From positions 25,962 to 89,961 of the forward strand of contig JASEET010000005.1 in the NCBI GenBank assembly GCA_030019335.1: a stretch of DNA of 64,000 nucleotides, in the 5' to 3' direction. The DNA comes from Candidatus Bathyarchaeia archaeon (lineage in GTDB: Archaea > Thermoproteota > Bathyarchaeia > Bathyarchaeales > Bathycorpusculaceae). This document shows positions 1-9,462 of the stretch, piece by piece; position 1 is the stretch's first letter; each line of letters starts with the position of its first letter. The notes beneath the pieces were generated by a model that was not told where the DNA came from, did not search any database, and worked only from the letters and a program-made list of their open reading frames with translations. The position numbers and the translations under genes are program-made.

Positions 1-820
1 CCGTTTCAACCTTATTTATTATTACAACGTTTGCCAACCGCAGATTAGCCTCACCAGGATGATAAGCAACCTCATGTCCGGCTCTGTGGGGGTCAGCTAC
101 AACAATGTGTAGGTCTGGCTTGTAGAAAGGTAGGTCGTTGTTGCCTCCATCCCAGACGATAACGTCCGCCTCTTTCTCCGCTTCTCTCAGAATTTTTTCG
201 TAGTCAACCCCTGCATAAACGATTATACCGTTGTCTATGTGTGGCTCGTATTCTTCTCTTTCCTCAATCGTGCACTCATGTTTATCCAAGTCTTCGTGTG
301 AAGCGAAACGCTGGCAAATCTGCTCTTTTAGGTCTCCGTAGGGCATCGGATGCCTAATAACAACAACCCTCAAACCTTTGCTTTTCAAGATTTTCGCAAC
401 TTGCCGTGAAGTTTGGCTTTTCCCTGAACCAGTTCTTACGGCACACACAGAAACAACTGGAACCTTTGCCTTTAGCATCGTTGTTTTCGGACCCATTAAG
501 CGGAAGTCTGCACCATTTGCCAATGCTACAGACGCTTTATGCATAACGTATTCATGTGAAACATCGCTGTAGGCAAAGATAACCTGGTCAACATCATGTT
601 TCCTTATCAGCTTTGGCAGTTTCCCTTCCGGATAGATTGGTATGCCCTTCGGATAGTGTGGACCTGCAAGCTCTGGGGGGTAGCTTCTTTCTTCTATGCC
701 GGGAATCTGCGTGGCTGTGAATGCCACAACTTCATAAGCATCATTGTTTCTAAAGTAGACATTGAAGTTGTGGAAGTCCCTACCAGCCGCACCCATTATA
801 ATAACTTTGATTCTCTTCAT
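1..820 (-). CDS. COG2403-type P-loop NTPase (family often annotated as cyclic 2,3-diphosphoglycerate synthetase/GTPase); N-terminal ~273 codons, 3' end outside window
   Basis: Own minus-strand translation from ATG 820-818: MKRIKVIIMGAAGRDFHNFNVYFRNNDAYEVVAFTATQIPGIEERSYPPELAGPHYPKG...VCAVRTGSGKSQTSRQV. It is open to position 1 and absent from the track because no stop lies in the window. Confidence 0.6.
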   Translation of the reverse strand, partial: MKRIKVIIMGAAGRDFHNFNVYFRNNDAYEVVAFTATQIPGIEERSYPPELAGPHYPKGIPIYPEGKLPKLIRKHDVDQVIFAYSDVSHEYVMHKASVALANGADFRLMGPKTTMLKAKVPVVSVCAVRTGSGKSQTSRQVAKILKSKGLRVVVIRHPMPYGDLKEQICQRFASHEDLDKHECTIEEREEYEPHIDNGIIVYAGVDYEKILREAEKEADVIVWDGGNNDLPFYKPDLHIVVADPHRAGHEVAYHPGEANLRLANVVIINKVET

Positions 821-900
821 ATCGCGATTCCTCGCCAAAACCCCGAGCAAGGGGATTCAATACTACCTAAATCATTCCATATAAACCTTAACGTGGCAAC

Positions 901-2004
901 TTACCCTAAGAGACGTAAAACTGTTTCACCTATGAAGTCTATCTGCCTTGCGGTAACACCTGGATGGGCTGGCAACGAAAGAACCTGTTTTGCGGCTTTC
1001 TCTGTTTCCGGAAGCCTATATCTTCCAAATTTTCTATAATATGGCATTACATGTATAGGATTTACATAGTAGACTTCTGTGCCTATACCCTTTTGTCTCA
1101 GTGCTTCAATAATTTTGTCTCTTTTCTTTCCTTTTGCACCCTTTAACCTAATGGTGTAAAGATGCCAACTGTGTTTGTAGCCTTTGTGTTCTTTTGGCAG
1201 CAGCAAACCCTTTGCTTTTTTAAGTTTCACTGTTAGTCTTTCGGCGTTTTCACGTCTTTTTGCTAAGAATTTTGGTAGTTTCTTTAATTGTACGCAGCCT
1301 ATCGCTGCTTGTATTTCTGGCATGTGATAGTTGTGCCCGAGCATGAGTGATTTGTACTTCTCTTTTTCTCCGTGGCTTCTCATGAACCGCATCTTTTCGG
1401 CAAGTTTATCATTGTTTGTTGTTACCATGCCACCTTCGCCCGTTGTCATGTTTTTGCTTGCATAGAAACTCCAGCATGCAGCATCTGCAAAGGCTCCTGG
1501 CGGTTTTCCCTTGTAACTTGCACCGTGGGCTTGAGCTGCATCTTCAATAATCGTTAGTCCATGCTTGTCAGCGATTTCTCTTATTGGTTGCATGTCAGCT
1601 GGCAAACCATACAAGTCCACGGGCATTATACCCTTTGTCTTTTTTGTTACGGCTTTTTCAATTCTTCTTGGAGAAATATTGTATGTTTCAGGGTCTACGT
1701 CCACGAAGACTGGTTTGGCTCCAGCCATCGCAACCACTTCGGCTGTTGCAACGAACGTAAAGCTTGGCAGAATCACTTCATCCCCTCGTTTAATTCCAGC
1801 TCCCACAATTGCTAAATGTAAAGCGGCTGTTCCCGTGTTTACCGCTATTGCATGTTTTGCTTTAACAAATTTTGCGAAGGCTTTTTCGAACTTCATAACC
1901 ACGGGACCCGCGCCAAGTCCATGCGTTAGTGTGCCGCTTTTCAAAACTTTGACAACAGCTACGATTTCCTCTTCCCCAATTTGAGGGGCGTTGATTGGAA
2001 TCAT
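901..2004 (-). CDS. DegT/DnrJ/EryC1/StrS-family PLP-dependent sugar aminotransferase
   Basis: 367-aa ORF with family-typical N-terminus (PINAPQIGEEE), AIAVNTGTAALHLA and the PLP-lysine context SFYASKNMTTGEGGMV. Confidence 0.9.
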   Translation of the reverse strand: MIPINAPQIGEEEIVAVVKVLKSGTLTHGLGAGPVVMKFEKAFAKFVKAKHAIAVNTGTAALHLAIVGAGIKRGDEVILPSFTFVATAEVVAMAGAKPVFVDVDPETYNISPRRIEKAVTKKTKGIMPVDLYGLPADMQPIREIADKHGLTIIEDAAQAHGASYKGKPPGAFADAACWSFYASKNMTTGEGGMVTTNNDKLAEKMRFMRSHGEKEKYKSLMLGHNYHMPEIQAAIGCVQLKKLPKFLAKRRENAERLTVKLKKAKGLLLPKEHKGYKHSWHLYTIRLKGAKGKKRDKIIEALRQKGIGTEVYYVNPIHVMPYYRKFGRYRLPETEKAAKQVLSLPAHPGVTARQIDFIGETVLRLLG

Positions 2005-2085
2005 GCCATCGCCATCTAGTTAGTATGCTACTCCCATGTTAATAACTTGTGCGTTTAATTTGATGTCGAATAAAAAACCGGGACG

Positions 2086-2739
2086 TTAAAAAGATGAAAG
2101 GTCATCATTCAAATTTTTAACTCTGCTTAAGAATTCCTCCAATTCCTTTTCAACTTCTTCCTTTCTTTTTGTTAGAAACCCCAATTCCTCTAATATTTCC
2201 TCCAGCCACTCTTTAATGGCTAGGTTGCACTTTTCCTTAGTCATTCTGGCAAGATATTTTGAAACATCTTGTGGACCACGCTTTTTCAATAAGTGTAGTG
2301 GATAATTGATTTGCTGAAATTTTGAGAATGGGAAGAAATGTCTAGTTGACCGCGGTTTCATTAGGTGTCCGCTAAGTCCCGCCGAGATAACCTTTTCAAC
2401 GGCAATTTCTCCATTTGGATCGCTTATATATCGATGGATTCTCCTTCTTCCAACTCGAATTTTTGGATTCTGGAAGGCATCAACAAGTATAACTGGCATC
2501 AGTGTATAACCAAGGCTTTTTAACACAAGCCAACGGTGCATTCCATCAAAGATAACGTGCGTTTTTTCATCCGCAATTATTGGGTATTTCAGCACGCCAT
2601 CTCTAAGGATTTCCCGTCTAAGCAGTTCCAGATAAAGTGGAGAGCCTTTTTCATGGGGTTTCAGCTCGTCAATCGGCAACAAAAGTATTTTTAAATCTGA
2701 TTTTTCAGCTAAAATAGTGGATGTCACTTGTTCTTTCAC
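2086..2739 (-). CDS. ParB/sulfiredoxin-fold domain protein; candidate ADP-dependent serine kinase (SerK-like)
   Basis: 217 aa. LLLPIDELKPHE...FDGMHRWLVL matches the ParB/Srx core. It lies 36 nt downstream of TrpB2 on the same strand. Confidence 0.55.
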   Translation of the reverse strand: MKEQVTSTILAEKSDLKILLLPIDELKPHEKGSPLYLELLRREILRDGVLKYPIIADEKTHVIFDGMHRWLVLKSLGYTLMPVILVDAFQNPKIRVGRRRIHRYISDPNGEIAVEKVISAGLSGHLMKPRSTRHFFPFSKFQQINYPLHLLKKRGPQDVSKYLARMTKEKCNLAIKEWLEEILEELGFLTKRKEEVEKELEEFLSRVKNLNDDLSSF

Positions 2740-2775
2740 CTTTTAATGGCTGAAAGTTGGAACTTTTTTTCTAGT

Positions 2776-4155
2776 TCACCATTCCAGCCATGGATAAAGT
2801 TCCTTCAGCCTTCTCATGGATTCATCTACTTTTTCTTTAGGATACTCATATGGTGGTAGCTTGCCGCTGTTGTAGTCGTCATAAGCTTGCATGTCAAAGT
2901 GGCCGTGTCCGCACAGCAAGAACAGAATGGTTTTCTCCTCACCAGTTTCCTTGCACTTGAGAGCTTCGTCAATGACGGCCTTGATGGCGTGGGCGGGCTC
3001 GGGGGCTGGCAGTATGCCCTCTGTTCTGGTGAATAGAGTTGCCGCCTCGAACGCTTCGATTTGGTTGTAAGCCTTGCTTTTTACGATTCCTTCCGCATTC
3101 AATAAACAGAGAGTTGGAGCCATTCCGTGATAGCGTAGGCCGCCAGCGTGGATGGGCGGGGGTATAAACATGTGGCCAAGCGTATGCATTTTAACCAAAG
3201 GAATCATTCGAGCACTGTCTCCATGGTCGTATGTGTAGTATCCTTTCGTCACTGAGGGAGCCGCGGTGGATTCCACTGCTAGGAAGTCCGTATCTTTAGG
3301 AGCTTTCCCTGAGACTTTATCGTAATAGAAAGGCCACAATAATCCTGAAAAACTGCTTCCTCCCCCTACACACCCTACGAGCAAATCTGGATAATCGTCC
3401 ACAAGTTCCATCTGTTTCTGAGCTTCTTGACCAACGACGGTTTGGTGAAGAAGAACGTGGTTAACAACGCTTCCGAGAGTGTATTTCGCTTCTTCGTGTG
3501 TAACAGCGTCCTCCACGGCTTCACTTATGGATATTCCTAGACTTCCTGAACAGTTAGGATCCTCCTCCAGAATCTTCTTCCCAAATTTTGTTCTCTCGCT
3601 TGGGCTTGGAAAAACTTCAGCTCCCCAAGTTTCCATCATGACTCTCCTATAGGGCTTTTGGTGGTAGCTTGCTCTGACCATGTAAATGGTTGATTTCATT
3701 TCAAACAACATGCAACCAAAGGACAGCGCTGAACCCCATTGACCTGCCCCAGTTTCTGTTGTAAGCCTTTGCGTGCCTTCCTTCATGTTGTAGTAAGCTT
3801 GAGCAACAGCGGTGTTCGGCTTATGGCTTCCCGGAGGGCTTACTCCTTCGTATTTGTAGTAGATTTTGGCGGGCGTCTTTAGGGCCTTCTCAAGACTGAC
3901 TGCTCGGTAGAGGGGTGTTGGCCTCCATAATCGGTAAACCTCGCGCACTTCTTCCGGTATACTTATCCAACGTTCTTTACTAGTCTCCTGCTTTACGAGT
4001 TCCTTGGCAAATACAGCCTCTAGAGCCTGAGGGGGTACAGGCTCCCTTGTCTTTGGATTTATCATGGGAGGGAGCGGTTTCGGAAGATCTGGGAGAATGC
4101 AGTACCATTGTTTAGGTATTTCTTCCTCGTCTAATATTATTTTTCTAGATGCCAT
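2776..4155 (-). CDS. trpB: TrpB2-type tryptophan synthase beta-like PLP enzyme
   Basis: Long TrpB-related ORF with the N-terminal extension ([16 protein letters not shown]), [11 protein letters not shown]-lysine motif and GGGSSFSG loop. I prefer ATG 4155 (GGAGAG 6 nt upstream) over the track start at 4206. Confidence 0.85.
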   Translation of the reverse strand: MASRKIILDEEEIPKQWYCILPDLPKPLPPMINPKTREPVPPQALEAVFAKELVKQETSKERWISIPEEVREVYRLWRPTPLYRAVSLEKALKTPAKIYYKYEGVSPPGSHKPNTAVAQAYYNMKEGTQRLTTETGAGQWGSALSFGCMLFEMKSTIYMVRASYHQKPYRRVMMETWGAEVFPSPSERTKFGKKILEEDPNCSGSLGISISEAVEDAVTHEEAKYTLGSVVNHVLLHQTVVGQEAQKQMELVDDYPDLLVGCVGGGSSFSGLLWPFYYDKVSGKAPKDTDFLAVESTAAPSVTKGYYTYDHGDSARMIPLVKMHTLGHMFIPPPIHAGGLRYHGMAPTLCLLNAEGIVKSKAYNQIEAFEAATLFTRTEGILPAPEPAHAIKAVIDEALKCKETGEEKTILFLLCGHGHFDMQAYDDYNSGKLPPYEYPKEKVDESMRRLKELYPWLEW

Positions 4156-4235
4156 TTTTGTCTCTCCTAGGTACGTTTCAGTACATTTAAGGTCATTAAT
4201 AGACACTGTAATTACAAGAACATATTTATACTTTA

Positions 4236-4772
4236 TTGCGCAAAAACGTACATAAAGGAATCCGTAACATGTGGAGTAACATCAGAAAATGTCTAGAAGG
4301 ATATCCGGAGCGGCTTAAAGTAGCACGTGTCCTCGTAGAAAATGGGCTAAGCGTAAGAAATGAGAAAATCTATCTCAACGAAATCGAAATTCCACCAGTG
4401 CGTGTGGCCCGAGTTGCAGGGGTGGATAGACGAACAGTTAAGGAGACATTGAACTCCATCAAAGCCAACCGTGAACTTCGGTTAATATTTGAAGGAATAA
4501 GGTCTGCTGGGTATTCATTAAAAGAAATTGCTAAGTACTTGAATCTAGGTGTGGTCGAAATAACACCTGTTGATGCCAGAATGCCAGGCATTTTGGCGAA
4601 TTCCGCTATGATCCTTGCCAAAGGTGGTCTAAGCATAAGACAAGCGATTGTGGATGACCCGGAGCTATCACCAGAGCCGAAACTCACATTGATTGTTGAG
4701 AAAAAAATCCCGGGAAAACTGATTTCGAAGTTTCTAGAGGTAAAAGGGATAGCTAAGATATCAGTGTACTAG
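4236..4772 (+). CDS. COG2150-like predicted regulator of amino-acid metabolism with C-terminal ACT-like domain
   Basis: 178-aa ORF divergent from trpB2. Pattern [12 protein letters not shown]...[18 protein letters not shown] (HTH-like) plus a C-terminal ACT-like segment. An alternative start is at 4269. Confidence 0.55.
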   Translation: MRKNVHKGIRNMWSNIRKCLEGYPERLKVARVLVENGLSVRNEKIYLNEIEIPPVRVARVAGVDRRTVKETLNSIKANRELRLIFEGIRSAGYSLKEIAKYLNLGVVEITPVDARMPGILANSAMILAKGGLSIRQAIVDDPELSPEPKLTLIVEKKIPGKLISKFLEVKGIAKISVY

Positions 4773-4965
4773 AGAATAGTCGCTATGCTTGTTACATGCT
4801 TTCGGTGGCTGTCGCGTTTTGGAGATAATCCTTCAACTTTTATGTCATACATCAAAGAACGAAAAGCCTTCCGTCGTCCAATCGCAGGGTTTGAAGGCAT
4901 TTACGGATTATGAACGTAGAATTAAGATTAAAAATGAGATTATGTAGCAAAGGTCGCGTAGCAGA

Positions 4966-6264
4966 CTAGTGACTTGCTGGACTACTCCTCATAAAAGAGG
5001 ACACCTTCATGGCTACTGCCGAGGCACTTATTAGTGTCTCATAAACGTGCATGGGCTGTTGCACTGCTCCAGCGAGAAATATGCCATCTCTTGTTGTTTC
5101 ATTTGGCGCTAGTTGAGGATGTTTTTCCAGAAAGAAGCAGTCTTCGTCGAGTGGAAGTTGGAGTTTTTCTTTGAGGTTGACTTGAGGCTTTAGTCCAGTT
5201 TCTAAAACAATAAGGTCAGCTGTTATTGAGAGCAGTTTAGATGTGGCTAGGTCATAAACGTCCAAAGTTAGGAAGCCATTTGGTGTTTGGCGTACTTCGG
5301 ATGGTTGCCCATGGATAAATTCAACTCCGCCGGCTCTGACTTTCTGATACAACTGTTCGCCCTGTTTTGTAACGGCCCTTATGTCTGTGTAGCAAATGTA
5401 GGCGTCAACTTCCTCTCCATACTGCTGTTTCAAGTAGTAGGTATGTTTGAGAGCGTTTAAGCATCCGATATTGCAGCAATAGCGAAGGTGCTTTTCATCT
5501 CGCGAGCCAGTGCACAAAATAAACACAACGCTTTTCGGTCTTTCTTTGCTGTCGATTCTCAGGATTTTTCCGCCAGTTGGACCTGTTAGGCTACACAATC
5601 GCTCATACTCCATCCCAGTAATCACATTCGGATAAACACCGTACTTATACTGTCCCACTTTTTGAGCGTCATATTGACAAAATCCTGTTGCCAAGACAAT
5701 AGCACCTACAGATAGTTCTTCACGCAACGGTTTTTGGTCATACAGCACTGCTCCTTCTGGGCAAGCGTCCTGGCACGCACGGCAGGATTCGTCTTTAAAG
5801 TAGAGACAAGCCTCTTTGTCAACTAGATATCTGGCTGGAACTGCAAAGGGTTTAGGCAGGTATATGGCTTTTCTCGTTGCCAGTCCCATTTCAAACTTTT
5901 TTGTAACATCTACTGGACAAACCTTTTCGCATTCACCGCAGTTGGTGCATTTAGCTTTGTCCACATATCTAGCCCTTTTTGATATATGCACTCTAAAATT
6001 GCCTATGGAGCCGGCAACTGATTCAATTTCAGCATAAGGCAGAACCGTTATGTTAGGGTCATTCAAAACCTTTTGGAGCAGTTGTTTAGTTAGCTCCTCC
6101 GCGTTCTCTAAGGTTGGAAACACTTGATGTAAAAGTGAAGCATGACCTCCGAGGCGAGGTTCCTTCTCAACTAAATAAACGTTTATTCCCATGCTTGCAA
6201 GGTCAATAGCGGTTTGCAGTCCAGCGACTCCTCCACCTACAACAAGCGCAGAATGCTTGTTCAT
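4966..6264 (-). CDS. hdrA: HdrA-like FAD/[4Fe-4S] oxidoreductase (short form)
   Basis: GGGVAGLQTAIDLA dinucleotide fold and CTNCGECEKVCP / CRACQDACP ferredoxin motifs. ATG 6264 has AAGGAG 6 nt upstream (track start 6294). Confidence 0.8.
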   Translation of the reverse strand: MNKHSALVVGGGVAGLQTAIDLASMGINVYLVEKEPRLGGHASLLHQVFPTLENAEELTKQLLQKVLNDPNITVLPYAEIESVAGSIGNFRVHISKRARYVDKAKCTNCGECEKVCPVDVTKKFEMGLATRKAIYLPKPFAVPARYLVDKEACLYFKDESCRACQDACPEGAVLYDQKPLREELSVGAIVLATGFCQYDAQKVGQYKYGVYPNVITGMEYERLCSLTGPTGGKILRIDSKERPKSVVFILCTGSRDEKHLRYCCNIGCLNALKHTYYLKQQYGEEVDAYICYTDIRAVTKQGEQLYQKVRAGGVEFIHGQPSEVRQTPNGFLTLDVYDLATSKLLSITADLIVLETGLKPQVNLKEKLQLPLDEDCFFLEKHPQLAPNETTRDGIFLAGAVQQPMHVYETLISASAVAMKVSSFMRSSPASH

Positions 6265-6352
6265 GTTTATCTCCTTGTATAAGATTGAGAACATTAGGTT
6301 AGAGATTGGCTTTTAAAAAGATTTGTGATTATGCAATTGAAGTTCGAAAACA

Positions 6353-6904
6353 ATGCTTATAAAGGCAAGAGCCGCTATCCCTTATTCCATGTCCATCATA
6401 GACCTTACAACCACAAAAAAGCCTGATTTGGCTCTCCGCCTCAAACTCTTAGCTAAGATTGGCGAGCATAAGCCTTACAATTGTTTTCAATGTATTAGAT
6501 GTACAAGCGGTTGCCCATCGATGAAAATGTTGGAGCTGAAACCGCATGAAATCGTAAGTTTAGCTAGTCTCGGTTTTATTGAGGAATTAATCGCTTCAGG
6601 CACGGTCTGGGCTTGCGCAACCTGTCTAAAGTGTAAGGAAAGATGCCCCCAAGCCGTGGCTCCAGTCGACCTCATATTTGCGTTAAGAAACTTGGCTGTT
6701 GAAAAAGAAGCCAAGGTTCCCGAAAGTTTTCTGCGTTCATTAAGCGCTATACTTGAAACTGGTTTTGTTCAAAAACCGCAAGACACCGTGACACGCAAAA
6801 TGGAAAAAGTGAACAGAGAGAAGCTGGACTTACCAAAGTTCCACGAGCCTGATGAGAAGTTCAAGGCCGCTTTTTTCAAGGTGTTAGAACTCTTTCAGGA
6901 GTAG
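6353..6904 (+). CDS. hdrC: HdrC-like 2x[4Fe-4S] subunit
   Basis: CFQCIRCTSGCP and CATCLKCKERCP motifs; directly precedes the HdrB-like gene. Confidence 0.8.
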   Translation: MLIKARAAIPYSMSIIDLTTTKKPDLALRLKLLAKIGEHKPYNCFQCIRCTSGCPSMKMLELKPHEIVSLASLGFIEELIASGTVWACATCLKCKERCPQAVAPVDLIFALRNLAVEKEAKVPESFLRSLSAILETGFVQKPQDTVTRKMEKVNREKLDLPKFHEPDEKFKAAFFKVLELFQE

Positions 6905-6910
6905 TGGAAG

Positions 6911-7807
6911 TTGAAAGTTGCAGTTTACTGGGGCTGTCTCATTCCAACGGTCCAGTATGGCTATGAAATGTCGGTTAGAGCGGTTATGCCTCAGCTCGGT
7001 TTAGAGCTTGTGGAATTAAACAATGTCTCTTGCTGTGGAACACCCATCAAAAGCGTGAATATGTTTGCAGCGCTTTATCTGGCGGTGAGAAACCTAGCCA
7101 TAGCTGAAAAAACGGGCTTAGACGATTTGCTTCTTCCATGCAATGGCTGTTACTTGTCGCTTTCTGAAGCCAAACACCTTCTCAGTCAAGACGGTAAACT
7201 AAAAGAAAGGATTAACAACATACTTAAAGAAGAAAACCTTCAATATGAAGGCTCGATTAAGATTTGGCACACCATCAACTTGCTTCACGACCTTGCCGGA
7301 GAAGAAAGAATGAGAGAGGTGGTTAAGCACCCCCTAAACGGCTTAAAACTCGCGGTTCATTATGGCTGCCACATTTTAAGACCCAGCACATTTCAGCCAA
7401 TTGACGACTCAGAGAACCCGAAAAAAATGGACGAGTTAGTTGAGTGGTTAGGTGCAAAAAGCATCCCTTATCCAGAGAAGTTGGATTGTTGCGGATATAT
7501 GCTTTTGTTGTCACATCCGGACGCTGCATTAACGTTTACTGGGCTAAAGTTGAAGGCAGTTCAAGACTGGGGTGCAGATGCGCTAGTGGTGTCTTGTCCG
7601 TCTTGTCAGATGATGTTTGACATGCGCCAGAAAAGTTCGGGTGCCACAACTGGTGCAAAACTTAATTTGCCAGTGCTTTATTATACGCAGTTGCTTGGCT
7701 TAGCGATGGATATCTCAACCGAGAGGCTTGGACTAAACTTGAATCGAAGCCCTATAGATGAGCTTTTACAAAAAGTGGGTTTAATATCTACTGCGACTTC
7801 TCCATAG
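6911..7807 (+). CDS. hdrB: HdrB-like subunit with two CCG (Cys-rich) domains
   Basis: 298 aa, TTG start. CCG motifs VSCCGTP...CNGC and DCCGY...CPSC. Confidence 0.8.
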   Translation: MKVAVYWGCLIPTVQYGYEMSVRAVMPQLGLELVELNNVSCCGTPIKSVNMFAALYLAVRNLAIAEKTGLDDLLLPCNGCYLSLSEAKHLLSQDGKLKERINNILKEENLQYEGSIKIWHTINLLHDLAGEERMREVVKHPLNGLKLAVHYGCHILRPSTFQPIDDSENPKKMDELVEWLGAKSIPYPEKLDCCGYMLLLSHPDAALTFTGLKLKAVQDWGADALVVSCPSCQMMFDMRQKSSGATTGAKLNLPVLYYTQLLGLAMDISTERLGLNLNRSPIDELLQKVGLISTATSP

Positions 7808-7833
7808 AGTTAACGGCATTTCCTTCTGGCAAA

Positions 7834-7845
7834 CCTTATATATTT
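7834..7845 (+). promoter_or_regulatory. TATA-box-like element upstream of the acyl-CoA dehydrogenase gene
   Basis: CCTTATATATTT about 40 nt upstream of ATG 7884; AGGTGA SD-like element at 7870-7875. Confidence 0.4.
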
Positions 7846-7883
7846 AGTGTCCATGAGACTCTTTTCTCTAAAGGTGAAATATA

Positions 7884-9104
7884 ATGGTAGAGTTTGGCTT
7901 TACTGAACAACAAGAAATGTTTCGAAAGATTTTGCACGAATGGTGCCAGAAAAACCTTACCCTTGAAAAAGTTAGAGAAATGGACACTAAACAATGGATC
8001 CCTGATGAAATCATTACGGGAATGGCTGACCTTGGTTTATGGCTCATGACCATTCCGGAAGAACATGGCGGATTGGGAGCAGATTGGGTTACTGCTTGTA
8101 TAGCTGCCGAAGAATTAGCCTATGCTGATATTACCATAGCAATCCCAGTGCACTTCCTAGTCGAAAGCAGTTGGGGATTTGTTGCTGACAGATACTGCAC
8201 AGAAAGGGTTAGAGAAGAGTGTATACGTCCGGCAATAAAGGGCAAGGCATTCATGGGTATAGCTACAACCGAAGCTGGTGGAGGTTCTGATGTCGCTGCT
8301 TTCAAGACAGTAGCAAGAAAGGAGGGGAACGATTGGATTGTTAATGGAGAAAAGACGTACATTAGTGGTACAGAAGAGTGTGTACATCTTGGCAAGGGTG
8401 GCTTCTGGATAACTGCTAGAACATCAAAAGCACCGCCAGGGGCTGCACATCGAGGCATGACATCCTTCTATCTTCCATTTAAGGCTCCGGGCGTTGAGGT
8501 AAGCAAACGTTTCGATGACATGGGCAGAATGGGTATATCATGTGGGGCTTTCACCATGAAAGACGTTAGACTGCCAAATGATTATCTCATGGGAGAAGAG
8601 GGCAAAGGCTTCTATATGACCATGGAAGGCTTTGACGCTGCAAGGATATTAATTGGAGCTACTTCCATCGGATGTGCGCAACGTGCACTTGAGATTGGAA
8701 TGGAATATATTAAGGAGCGTAAAGCTTTCGGTCGCCCTATTGGAAAATTTGGCATGATCCAATATGAATTGGCAGATGACTACGCAAAGCTAGAAGCCTT
8801 GCGATCGTTGGTCTACAGAACGGCTTGGATGATGGACGAAAGGTATAAGACAAAGCGTTTCACGCCACTCGAAGTAGCAAAGATGATATCAACGGTCAAG
8901 CTGCTGGGTCCGCCTCTTGCATTTAAGATCTTCTATGATACAATGATATGGTTAGGAGCTTGGGGATACACCAAAGAATGCCCACTTGAAATGGGAATGC
9001 GAGGGATAATGTCGTACGTCATTGGAGCTGAGGGTGCCCTTAACATCCAGAGGGTTGTTCTCGTAAGAGAACTTCTTGGAAGCGAATACATCGATTACAA
9101 GTAG
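7884..9104 (+). CDS. acyl-CoA dehydrogenase family protein
   Basis: 406 aa. ATTEAGGGSDVAA, WIVNGEKTYISG and a C-terminal helical domain typical of ACADs. Confidence 0.9.
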   Translation: MVEFGFTEQQEMFRKILHEWCQKNLTLEKVREMDTKQWIPDEIITGMADLGLWLMTIPEEHGGLGADWVTACIAAEELAYADITIAIPVHFLVESSWGFVADRYCTERVREECIRPAIKGKAFMGIATTEAGGGSDVAAFKTVARKEGNDWIVNGEKTYISGTEECVHLGKGGFWITARTSKAPPGAAHRGMTSFYLPFKAPGVEVSKRFDDMGRMGISCGAFTMKDVRLPNDYLMGEEGKGFYMTMEGFDAARILIGATSIGCAQRALEIGMEYIKERKAFGRPIGKFGMIQYELADDYAKLEALRSLVYRTAWMMDERYKTKRFTPLEVAKMISTVKLLGPPLAFKIFYDTMIWLGAWGYTKECPLEMGMRGIMSYVIGAEGALNIQRVVLVRELLGSEYIDYK

Positions 9105-9237
9105 CTTCTAGGGGACAAACCCTCTCTTTTTTCCATTCACATAAAATATTGATTGTTAAATGGAAAACACTCTTCCACACGGTTCCACGAAACGAAAAGA
9201 ACGTTCAAAATGTGTTAGCTTTAGCTAATTTTTGGCT

Positions 9238-9423
9238 TTTTCAAGGCCGCTAACAAAGCAGGCACTATCTCATAGAGGCGGGTGCGCGCATAGAGAGTGT
9301 CAACTGGAGATGGGTTTGAGAGGAGTCATATCTTACTGCATCGGAGCCGAAGGAGCTACAAACATCCAGAGGGTAATCATAGCCAGAGAACTGCTTGGCA
9401 AAGAATACATGGCTCACAAATAA
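9238..9423 (+). pseudogene. relic of the C-terminal ~45 codons of a second acyl-CoA dehydrogenase paralog
   Basis: ECQLEMGLRGVISYCIGAEGATNIQRVIIARELLGKEYMAHK aligns with the C-terminus of the 7884-9104 product (ECPLEMGMRGIMSYVIGAEGALNIQRVVLVRELLGSEYIDYK). No upstream ACAD body is present. Confidence 0.75.
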
Positions 9424-9452
9424 AACCCTCTTTTTCTTTTCATTCCTTTGCC
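9424..9452 (+). terminator. oligo-T tract (archaeal-type terminator candidate); similar tract after the intact ACAD at 9118-9135
   Basis: AAACCCTCTTTTTCTTTTCATTCC follows the relic stop. The near-identical AAACCCTCTCTTTTTTCCATTC follows the 9104 stop. Confidence 0.35.
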
Positions 9453-9462
9453 TTTTTAGAAA

